A stretch of DNA of 63,913 nt, filler included, from Stramenopiles sp. TOSAG23-2 (taxonomy: Eukaryota), in assembly GCA_900128395.1 (NCBI GenBank). It is 3 parts of 3 records of this genome, joined end to end, with 100 filler letters (N's around TTAATTAATTAA, not from the genome) between each part and the next. Parts side by side here need not be neighbours in the genome. Positions count along the whole stretch, not along the records: positions 45,979 to 63,913 come from LT649618.1; 2 more parts are not named here. One strand, written 5' to 3'. Below the pieces are notes generated by a model. It had not been told where the DNA came from, did no database searches, and was given only the letters and a program-made list of their open reading frames with translations. Shown in pieces: positions 46,950 to 56,617 of this stretch. Numbering within the stretch: position 1 is the stretch's first letter; every line of letters begins with the position of its first letter. A program made the translations under genes and the position numbers.

Positions 46950-47339
46950 TATAATTCCTTGTATATGACATATTTGTACTTAGTAGAATATATATATTTT
47001 ACATAGGAAACAGAGAATACAAATTTTGATAGGAGTAGAAATTGTTAGTGTTAATATAATTTAAGTACGTCTATCGCAATAATATAGACACAGCACTAAA
47101 TTATAACATCATTGCGATAGACATATTTGTACTTAGTAGAATATATATATTTTACATAGGAAACAGAGATAATGCAAATTTTGATAGGAGTAGAAATTGT
47201 TAATGTTATAATAATTTAAGTACGTCTATCGCAATAATATATACACAGCATTAAATTATAACACCTGCTATTCCCTATATTAAATCCCGACGTTTTATAT
47301 TTTGAGATCGATCTGCCGTCTCATTTACAAGGAATTATA
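46950..47339. mobile_element. Second TIR-bounded non-coding element (18/19-nt inverted termini) containing a tandem duplication
   Basis: tataattccttgtatatga (46950) vs tcatttacaaggaattata (47321-47339). Confidence 0.45.
46967..47263. repeat. About 143-bp diverged direct duplication, period 153
   Basis: gacatatttgtacttagtagaat...ttataaca at 46967 and 47120. Confidence 0.9.
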
Positions 47340-47735
47340 CCATTTAATATACGATTGTACATATATTAAGGATATTTGGGGACAGACAATATTTGTCATA
47401 AAATTCATAATTATTTATTCCTATCCAATGCTGTGTGCTTGTTAATTACCTTTACAACTGAATAACATTACAGTTCATTCAGCCAGACTCCTCCTTTTTT
47501 TATAAAAAAAAGGGGCGATGCACCTATATTGCTAAATATATATATCCAATACTCATCATACAGGATCAATTAAAAGACGTGAGTGCAAAAGAAGCGTTGT
47601 CCAGAGGCAAAGCAGAAGGTTTAGAAAAAGTTTCAAAATGTTGCGAAGGTAATAAATTTGATCCAAAAACATTGTTAGAACAAGTTAGTGCAATTGCGAA
47701 AGCATCCATGCAAAATAGTAATAAAGGTGGTATTG

Positions 47736-48389
47736 ATGCCATTAAGTACGTTAAAATTGGCGAATAACAAATTGATTGAAATACCAAAGTCAATTTGGGG
47801 CAATACATATACAGTGCATTTGGAATTTGATAATAATAATATTTCAAGCATTTCTGATAGTGTACAAAAAGCTGTGGCATTGAATCGTTTGTATATAACT
47901 AACAATAGTTTGGTAAATCTACCAGATAACATTTTTGATCATTTGAGATTATCTTCCTTGTATCTCGATGGTAATAAATTAACATCTATTCCTCAAAGCA
48001 TATTTGGTGTCAATACGTTACGTAATTTCAAAATATCAAACAACGATATTTCAAACGTACCGGTCGAAATAAAGAATATGAAGAAACTGTATGATATAGA
48101 TTTGAGAAATAATACCATATCATCACTTCCGACAGAGATAGAATCTTTAAAAAGTACGCTAAAATATATTTATTTACACAATAATCCAATATGTACAAAT
48201 GGTTGGCTCGATGAAAACAAAAATGCTAAAGAGATGATTGAAAAATCTGGTACTCTTGAGTCTGGAGCCGCTGGATGTAAAGCACAATGTTCTATTTATT
48301 GTCAGGACAGATATCTTGGAAATGATGTTTGCGGGAGAGGTTGTAACTTCAAAGCTTGTAAATTTGATGGAGGAGATTGCACTCAATAA
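47736..48389 (+). pseudogene. Leucine-rich-repeat protein with a C-terminal LNR (Notch)-like Cys module; 5' part missing or out of frame
   Basis: LxLxNNxLxxLP repeats; CSIYCQDRYLGNDVCGRGCNFKACKFDGGDC. The upstream exon-like segment 47564-47767 is in another frame. Confidence 0.65.
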
Positions 48390-48582
48390 ATATGAAGTGT
48401 GTGTGTGAGGGATGATATCATATCAAACTATGACCCCGTTTTTCTGAGAGGGACCTTCCAAGGGACAAATAAAATTTTAGTATACTAATAAGTACAAATC
48501 ACACATATTTTACTATCAAACCTCGTGCATTATAATTCCTAGATTATTCTTGCAAAAAATCATGAATTATATATCAGTTTTA

Positions 48583-50289
48583 TCACAATTCAGTCAATGA
48601 AGTTTGTTGACTATTAAAACCACACAAAGTTTCACTTGCATTTCGACTTAAATTCATTAAATCCAACGAACCACCACTATTATTACTAGATCGTGAACTG
48701 AAACTATCCGTGCTACCATCATTCTCATTACTTGTAAATAGTTTCATTGAAGATCCACGTGAAAACATACTTGGTGGTGCAATTTGATCGTTTGAGAGCG
48801 ACATATTAGTTGCATCAATGACAACATTAGTGTTAACTTGTTGTTCTTCTTCCATACGCTTTCGTTTCTTTTTTGAAGTCTTACTATTGTTATTTGTCGA
48901 ACTATTATTATTAGTAGTAGTAGTACTAGTAGTAGTAGCACTTATGTTTTGTTGTGTATTGGAAGTACCATTGTTGTTGTTGATGGAATTTGTTACATTT
49001 TGTGCGTGCGATCGTTGTTTTTGAATCTCTTCGACAAGAAACGTAATACTAGGTTCTACATATTTATGAAATTCATTTTGAAATTGCTTTTGAATTTGCA
49101 TCATAGCATTTAAGCACATCGTTGTTTTTGCACTATATTGTATCAATGCACTAGCAGCAAGATTCATATTCATTTTCCCAGAATTTATTTGTTTTCTTAA
49201 TATTTCATCCATTTTATACGTACCCAAATCAAGCAAATTTGCTTTATTATTTTTAACATTGTTATTATTATTACCATTGCTGTTGCTACTGCTACCACCA
49301 CCACCACCACTTTCCGTTTTCGAGTTGTTTAAGTCAGATGCCATTGAAAATGCACTTAAAGAACCTGCAGTCAAATTTTCCAACGGTGTATGTTGCTTCA
49401 CCTTGTTCTTCTTTGATTTAATTAATACAGATTCAGTAAATACAGGTGCACAATTATGGTATATTGCTTCATCTGTTGGGCTAATCAATACGCAAAATTT
49501 CTTTTTCCCGTGATTTTTGGATACATCCTCGATACGAAACTTCAATTGAAACGTTCCATTTTCAATGAAACATTGTTCTTGGACCATTATTGGAATTTGC
49601 AAAATTTCTTGATTTGAAACTTCAGTTTTATCTTCATAATACAATGTTAATTTTAAAGCTATTTTTTCAGACAATACGTTCACGTTGCCAAGTTTTTGAA
49701 GTTGAAGTGTACATTCCATGGTTCGTAATTTACCACCTTGATCCTTATAAAATACATTGTCACCGTCTCCTTTTTCTTTTGTATTAGCACAAGTTGCACT
49801 AATAGGAGTAGTTATGACAAATTTGTATTTAACCGTTTTTATTGGAGCGGTAATCGCTGGTTCTATGTCTGCAAATTCGTCTCCTTTCAATTGAAACATT
49901 ATGAAAAACTCACGATTCGAATGATCTGCAGATAACGCATTAATAGCAATTTGAAAGGTCCCTTGACCATTGGTATCAAGAAAATGAGAATTGGTATCAT
50001 TAACATTTATGTTTGATATGGTAATTGGATTGTTTTCTACTACATCATATTCGACATCTGAAGATTCGGATGGATTTGATGCATATACCAATGATATATC
50101 AATAGGAACTTTGTTTTTACTATGATACGTTGTACCATTCAAATTTTCCATGAAACATGTGAAAGTAGTTTGTTCATTAACATATAAAGTTTTATTTGTA
50201 TTATCTATTGCATTTATTGATAATCTTTGACCTTTTCCTTTTTTTTTTGTCATTGTTGATTTTTTTCGTCTTTTATTATCATATTTCAT
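48583..50289 (-). CDS. Putative transcription factor with two CudA/p53-like Ig-fold domains
   Basis: Two related units: FQIAINALSADHSNREFFIMF...ITAPIKT and FQLKFRIEDVSKNHGKKKFCVLI...FTESVLIKSK; NLS-like KKKRKR; Asn/Ser-rich tail. Confidence 0.55.
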   Translation of the reverse strand: MKYDNKRRKKSTMTKKKGKGQRLSINAIDNTNKTLYVNEQTTFTCFMENLNGTTYHSKNKVPIDISLVYASNPSESSDVEYDVVENNPITISNINVNDTNSHFLDTNGQGTFQIAINALSADHSNREFFIMFQLKGDEFADIEPAITAPIKTVKYKFVITTPISATCANTKEKGDGDNVFYKDQGGKLRTMECTLQLQKLGNVNVLSEKIALKLTLYYEDKTEVSNQEILQIPIMVQEQCFIENGTFQLKFRIEDVSKNHGKKKFCVLISPTDEAIYHNCAPVFTESVLIKSKKNKVKQHTPLENLTAGSLSAFSMASDLNNSKTESGGGGGSSSNSNGNNNNNVKNNKANLLDLGTYKMDEILRKQINSGKMNMNLAASALIQYSAKTTMCLNAMMQIQKQFQNEFHKYVEPSITFLVEEIQKQRSHAQNVTNSINNNNGTSNTQQNISATTTSTTTTNNNSSTNNNSKTSKKKRKRMEEEQQVNTNVVIDATNMSLSNDQIAPPSMFSRGSSMKLFTSNENDGSTDSFSSRSSNNSGGSLDLMNLSRNASETLCGFNSQQTSLTEL

Positions 50290-50823
50290 TGTTGTCGTAT
50301 TTATTCCTTTTCTGTATGGGATCGTAAAATATATTTGTTTAAGTTTTTTTAGTTATTAATAATAATATATATTCATATATGGATACTATTTGGTTTTATA
50401 TATGAAGAAGAGGTATGTATTAATATCATATATATGCTTCTAGATTTATCATCTCAACAAAAAATTTATTATTATATTTGATGATGCATTGGTGCATTGC
50501 ACCATTGCACCATTCATTATTGAAATTATTATAATTATGCACCTTCTTTTTTTTTATCCTTCTTTGGTTTTGTGTTGTGCGGAGGTCATTGCCTTGATGC
50601 GCCTATCAAACCCGGTAATTGTCGGTATACAAAATATTGTACTTATAGCACGCTCAATAACAAAAACTTACTAATTTTTAATTTATATTACTCACACACA
50701 TATGTATAATTCCAGAATTCCTACTGGAGTGTAAAATTTTATTTTTTGCTTTTTTGCTGTTGTTTGCTCCGCATTATCATAAATGTTAAAATGTTATAAC
50801 ATGTGTTGCATTTTTATTTCACT

Positions 50824-51367
50824 TCATTTTTCATTCTCATACTCAATACAACACTGAATATGTTTTTCTCCAATGCAATGCCCTGTTTTAAATTGTTTAC
50901 ATTTATTAATGTGCTTTTTAGTTGTATCTAAGCATTTATGTTCACTATATTCCTTAAGACAATTTTGTTCTATGCAACACACTTGCGTTGCATGACATTC
51001 TTTATCTACTGGTCGTACGAACAACAATTTTTCGCTTAGAAAACCAGTTTTCTCACATACTCGTTTTGTTGTGCATCTTCCAGCAGATTGATAGTATGAA
51101 CGATGTTTTATGCATTTCTCTAATTTCATGTGTTGCATATTCCTCCATTGACATACCTTGCATATCTTGTACTTCAAGAAAACTTAAGTCATCATCGATC
51201 TCGACACTGTTCATTGCTGACTTCATATTGGAAAAGGTGTTATGTAAATGCAATTGTCGTTGCATATTTACACCATTTCGTATATTATTTGCAAGTGTAA
51301 TCCCTTCGTGGCTTACCAGGAGGACTAGGAAGAACAGTCCAAGGGTATACACGTTGGATTGCTTCAT
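50824..51367 (-). CDS. Small secreted Cys-rich protein (exons 51367-51157 and 51119-50824)
   Basis: Signal peptide MKQSNVYTLGLFFLVLLVS; two C..C..C..C..CC modules ending GHCIGEKHIQCC; joined by a candidate 37-nt GTATGT...TTAG intron or a frameshift. Confidence 0.55.
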
Positions 51368-52015
51368 CGTTCGATTTTTGAAACTTTTAATCGGTTAATT
51401 ATTCAATTGTTCCGTGCAGTTAGATGCGAATAGTTTCTCCGATGCACCAACAAGTATACGTTTGTATCACGGCGGGATGTACATGTGTACATGCAATCAA
51501 AAATGTCCACGAGAATGTGTGTTTTTCGGTTTTTCCTCCATTATGCTTCGTGTTAAAAAAGGTAGAGAGAGAAAAGAAACTACATAGAAATGCAAATAAA
51601 AAACACTTAAAAAAGCCCCCCGTACGACGCGTTAATTATGCTAGTTAAATTAAGTATTTTAACAAGTATTACAAGGTCAACATTTAAAATCTGTACCTTT
51701 TTTTCACCATTTTGTATCTTTAGAATACTTTTTATTATACCAAATGAAATAAAACTTTCCAATCATTTTATCGCAGAATCCCACATTATTTTTAAGTGTT
51801 TTGATGGTACTGGTATTAATAATTTTTTCTATCATTCACGTATCACGAAATCATTGGCTTTTCCCCCTCTTTTTTTCTCCTCCGGCTACGGCTGGCCCAG
51901 CTGGACGGCCAGGAAAAGCAAAAGCGAAAGCCAGCGAAAGGGCCGACGAAAATAAGATGTGCACAATTTTATACTTGTTAGTATATCGTATTGAAGAATT
52001 ATTAGCATGAAAATA

Positions 52016-52072
52016 TGAAAGCCTGGAAAGCCTGGAAAGCCAGAAAGAAAGCCTGGAAAGCTGGAAAAAGCA
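52016..52072. repeat. Short (GAAAGCCTG)-type tandem repeat
   Basis: gaaagcctggaaagcctggaaagccagaaagaaagcctggaaagctggaaaaagc. Confidence 0.75.
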
Positions 52073-52206
52073 AGTGGTGAATAATAATGAATATTAGCAC
52101 AATAATAATAAATAATAATACACATTTAACATTTTAATTTTTTTGTGAAGATAGATAATAAACAACACTTTGTGGATATCCAAAAGTTAGACAATAGTAA
52201 CAACCG

Positions 52207-52238
<32 letters not shown>

Positions 52239-52269
52239 ACAATAAACGTTATCGTATACATACATAAAC

Positions 52270-52986
52270 ATGGCGTCAAAAGGACGGAAACGATCCTTTG
52301 GTAGTAAAAAAGCAACATTAGTTGTACCAGCGTTTTTAAAATCAAAAACGACTGGAACGAAAAGTGGTTTAATTAAAGAAATATCAGAAGCATTGCCTTT
52401 AATAAGTAAAGTTGAAAGGGGAACTTATCGTAAAATATTGCAATGTGCAGTACAATATTTGAAAGGTAAAGAATATACAAATGATGAATTTATAGCATTA
52501 GCAAAAGCATTAGAGCTGGACCAAAAGGAATTTGCAGCATTGTTTACTGCTACTTTTTTTATATTGCGTGCTGCGATACGTGCACGAATACATAAAAAAG
52601 AAATATTAAAAATAACCGGCATTGGTTTTTCTGAGGAAATTGCATCTGATGTAGCAAATGTTGTACATGGAAATCGCGAGATGTTAGAAACTGCTGCGAT
52701 TGATTCATCGGATACTATTCCATCTATGGAAGATTTAAAATGGCGAGTAGATGTTGCAATATCAACTAGTGATTTGTCAAAATGTTTAAAACCTAGTATT
52801 TTAATGCAAATGACATTAAGTGACGGTAGTATTAAAAATTTCCAATTACCATTGGAGAAATTTCATGAATTGAGATGTAATGTTGCAAAAGCATTGAAAA
52901 GTGTACATGAGCTGGAAGCGCATCCGTTAATTAGAGTTATTGAACATGTGGAACAAAATGAAAAACAAGCATTGGCAAAGGAGTAA
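52270..52986 (+). CDS. COMMD5: COMM domain-containing protein 5
   Basis: LKWRVDVAISTSDLSKCLKPSILMQMTLSDG...KFHELRCNVAKALK closely matches the COMMD5 COMM domain. Confidence 0.88.
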   Translation: MASKGRKRSFGSKKATLVVPAFLKSKTTGTKSGLIKEISEALPLISKVERGTYRKILQCAVQYLKGKEYTNDEFIALAKALELDQKEFAALFTATFFILRAAIRARIHKKEILKITGIGFSEEIASDVANVVHGNREMLETAAIDSSDTIPSMEDLKWRVDVAISTSDLSKCLKPSILMQMTLSDGSIKNFQLPLEKFHELRCNVAKALKSVHELEAHPLIRVIEHVEQNEKQALAKE

Positions 52987-53332
52987 AATGTTAATATATT
53001 GATATTAATAAATAGAAGTGTGTGTGTGTATCATATAAATTTTTAAAAAATATATTTACCAAAGTGATTTATTATCATTAGCTTATCATATCATACAACA
53101 ATATATACACTATTTCTATTTCGTATGATAAAAAATATGTCTCCATAGTATAATATGTAATATCATACGAAGCGTATCATACACCATGTACACGTTATTC
53201 ATATTTCATATTATCATGTATTACGAAGTGTATAAACTTGTGATATAATATAAAACACCTCTCTCTCTCCTCTCTAAATATACATATAATATCATCTTCG
53301 TATTTTAAACCTCTAGATGATATTAACTTTAT

Positions 53333-55573
53333 TTACTTCAATTTCATTTGCGTCGTCACATATTTATGTTCACATAATTTTACAATATCAGGTCGAAATT
53401 GTTGATCATGTACTAAACATTGCGTGATGAAATCTTTTGCTTCTGCACTGATTTTATATTTATGCCGTGTTGGAAATTCAACAGTATGTGCATGTAAAAT
53501 AATATTTTGACGAATAATATTTTCTTGACTTTGACCTTCCCCAAATGGGCGTTTACCATACAACATTTGGTAATACATACAACCAATGGACCATGTATCA
53601 ACTTTTGAGGAAATTTTTGGTGCTGGTATACCAGGTCCACGTACAAACGTTTCAGGTGGTAAATACCAATAAGTACCAGCTCCTTGCGATGTCAATTCCA
53701 TACTTGTACCGTCATTTTGTTCATCTAATATTTTACTCAATCCAAAATCAGTAATTTTCGCCGTTCCATTTTTATCAAATAATATATTTCCAGGCTTTAA
53801 ATCATAATGTATGATTTTCTGCTTGCCTGTATTTAAATATTTTAATCCACATAATATTTGCAATAAAATACTACGTGCTTCTTTTTCTTGCAAACATTTT
53901 TCTGTCTTTAAACGATAATCTAAATCTTCCCCATCGCAATATTCCAAAACCGTGGCAAACTTTTTATCATCAATTAAAAATACATCAAATTGTTTCACAA
54001 TATATTTATTTTGTAATTCTTTTTGAATTTCACATTCCCTTGAAGCATGTTTGACATAATTCGATCGTTTATTTTCAGACCACGATTCGCTTAATTGATG
54101 GATCTTAATCGCTTTGTAACAATAACTAATTAAATCATAGCATTTCCACACTTCACTGAAACCACCTTTGCCAAGTAAACATGTTAATTGGTAACGATCA
54201 TTTAAACATGGTAAATGGCAGAAACGACTGCCATCTTCATCCATAATACGTTTGCATTGTTTTTGATACCTTGCTTTCATTCCTTCTACACGATCAACTT
54301 CACCATTCATTTTGCTTTCTTGTTGCTTTAAAGTTGCAACTTCCACTGCAATTGCTTCCTCTGCTACTATGATATCAATAGCATCTAAATTCATATTGAC
54401 TGGACGTGGTGGTGCCATCATATTGTTGTTCCTATTATTTTGTTGATTGTTGTTATTTGTATTTGAAAGCAATAAATTATCACTATTGTTGCTATTACTA
54501 CCATTTGGCGAAGAAGAAGAAGATGTTCGTTTTCCACCATTTTTTGCTAATTTCAGTCTTGCAGCTTTACATCGTTTCGAAATTTCTTTCTTACGTTTAT
54601 CGGCTTTTTCTTTCTCTGCACTGACTTCTTTTAATTTGTTCTTCGTATCGACAATTAATGCACCATCTTCCCAAAAATGACGTACTTGAAGGCCTGTACT
54701 AGATGGGACGTAACGACCATATTTAAATGAATCAGCAGCTAATTGTCTCCTAGCTTCTTTTTTAGCATCTAATGCAGCGTTGCGTATGACAACTTGCAAC
54801 GCTTCAGCAGCATCTTTTGTTCTTTTCATAATTTTCATATCTGCAGTTGCTAATTTTTCTTTTAAATGTTTAATATGTTCCCCAGCTTGTTTTAATTCAG
54901 ATTGTTGCTTACCATTTGCCTCTGTGATTTGAGATCCTTGATTATGTAATCTGTTTCTAAGCTCTAAAATAGTTGCTTGGCATGTTTTTAAATTGCTTTC
55001 AGATTGTTTCAATTTCTTTTCCAATTCTTTTTGTGCACTAGTACCTCTTTTTTTCTGACTACTACTATTATTATTATTATTTGTATTTTTTTTCTTACCA
55101 CCCGAATTTGTATTTCTACGCATAAAAAATTTATTATGATTTGGTGGTGTAATATTTTTTGTTTGTTTCTTATTGCTATTGCTATTTTTACTTGTTGTTT
55201 TTCTGGATGAATTGTTTGTACGCTGTTTTTTATTGCTATTGCTATTACTTGATGTAAAAATTGATCCTGCAGATTGATTGTTGTTGTTGTTGATATTGCT
55301 TTTACGTTTATTACTATTATTTGAAATGCTTTTATTTGAAGGTGTATTACTATCTCTTGATTGTTCCATAGTTAAATCAATAGTTCCTTTATTACTATTA
55401 TCACTATCGGTATTTGAACTGAAACTATTACTATTATTAAAAGAAGGTGTTGTAAATCCATTATCAAATCCTTCTCTTGAATCAGCACCATAACCACCAC
55501 CAGTCATTCTACGATGTAATTTTTGATATTGTTCTGCACTTAATTTATTACGTATTTTATCTAAACCTTCCAT
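53333..55573 (-). CDS. TLK: Tousled-like serine/threonine kinase
   Basis: LLGKGGFSEVWK, KIHQL...W.E.K..NYVKHA.RE, IIHYDLKPGNIL, ITDFGLSKI, MELTSQGAGTYWYLPPE, PKISSKVDTWS, RPFG..QSQ. Confidence 0.95.
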   Translation of the reverse strand: MEGLDKIRNKLSAEQYQKLHRRMTGGGYGADSREGFDNGFTTPSFNNSNSFSSNTDSDNSNKGTIDLTMEQSRDSNTPSNKSISNNSNKRKSNINNNNNQSAGSIFTSSNSNSNKKQRTNNSSRKTTSKNSNSNKKQTKNITPPNHNKFFMRRNTNSGGKKKNTNNNNNSSSQKKRGTSAQKELEKKLKQSESNLKTCQATILELRNRLHNQGSQITEANGKQQSELKQAGEHIKHLKEKLATADMKIMKRTKDAAEALQVVIRNAALDAKKEARRQLAADSFKYGRYVPSSTGLQVRHFWEDGALIVDTKNKLKEVSAEKEKADKRKKEISKRCKAARLKLAKNGGKRTSSSSSPNGSNSNNSDNLLLSNTNNNNQQNNRNNNMMAPPRPVNMNLDAIDIIVAEEAIAVEVATLKQQESKMNGEVDRVEGMKARYQKQCKRIMDEDGSRFCHLPCLNDRYQLTCLLGKGGFSEVWKCYDLISYCYKAIKIHQLSESWSENKRSNYVKHASRECEIQKELQNKYIVKQFDVFLIDDKKFATVLEYCDGEDLDYRLKTEKCLQEKEARSILLQILCGLKYLNTGKQKIIHYDLKPGNILFDKNGTAKITDFGLSKILDEQNDGTSMELTSQGAGTYWYLPPETFVRGPGIPAPKISSKVDTWSIGCMYYQMLYGKRPFGEGQSQENIIRQNIILHAHTVEFPTRHKYKISAEAKDFITQCLVHDQQFRPDIVKLCEHKYVTTQMKLK

Positions 55574-56617
55574 AATGATATAATACTAATTATAAAGTTT
55601 CAAAAATAATAATAATAATAAATATATTTGTAATGATATAATAGTTGGTAAAAATCGATTTACGGGTTTAGGGTTTGAATATATGTGTGTGTATATATAT
55701 ATAGATTGGTTGACGATGGATGAGTAGATATCGTCTAGGTTGTTTCTTTTCTTAATCAGTTGTTGTTGTAAACATATACCTTGCTTGTCCTTTCACGAAC
55801 TATACAATATATATATATATACAGATTCAAATCTTTATTATTTTTATTATTTTAGAGGTAGTTTTTTGTTGCTGCTGTGTGCTGGATAATCATAATAATA
55901 GCTCTAAATGTTTGCCAGTTTGCGGAGATTTATTAATAGAAAAGAAGAAGAATAGAAAAAATAGAAAACAACAATATCCAAAAAATATTACAATAGATCT
56001 ACGTAGTATACGCGCTCTCGTAGTCAAAAACAAATAACAACTAACGTAGAATTGCCACGCATCATTAATGAAATTAAAATATAGTGAAATCGGATACGGA
56101 AATATGCAAAATCTCTATCGAAAATCGTGGGTCGAAAATCGAGAGTACATTATTTTTTGAGTTTTGAGTTTTGAGATTTTGTTGCTTTTCCGATTGAGTA
56201 TTTTGTTTAGTATTCTAATTTCTCTTTTAAGTACAAATTACACTCCTTTGAATAATTTTGGATTTTTGAAATTTTGTAACGTGATGATGCTAAGCACGTT
56301 GCCTAATGCAGACCAAAAAATATTTAATAATGCTTCTCTCTTCAACTTAAACTGTGTGTATATCCTACATTTTCCATTTCTATTCGTATTATATATTATT
56401 CTATTCGGAAAAAAGATAGATAGAGAAACATTGTGGAATAATAGAACATTCATTTATTGACAACGTAGGTCTACTCTTCAATATTTTTCCACCATCAAAG
56501 AAAAAAAAAAATTTTCCTTTTCCCATCATTATTACAAAAATTAACCGTCATTATTAATATTATTAATAGATTTTAGACATATATACACACACACACAACG
56601 ACAATAATAGAAAACTA

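Noticed and set aside
55664-55676. GGGTTTAGGGTTT telomere-like sequence
   Set aside because: Fewer than two full units; consistent with chance or a telobox-like promoter motif.
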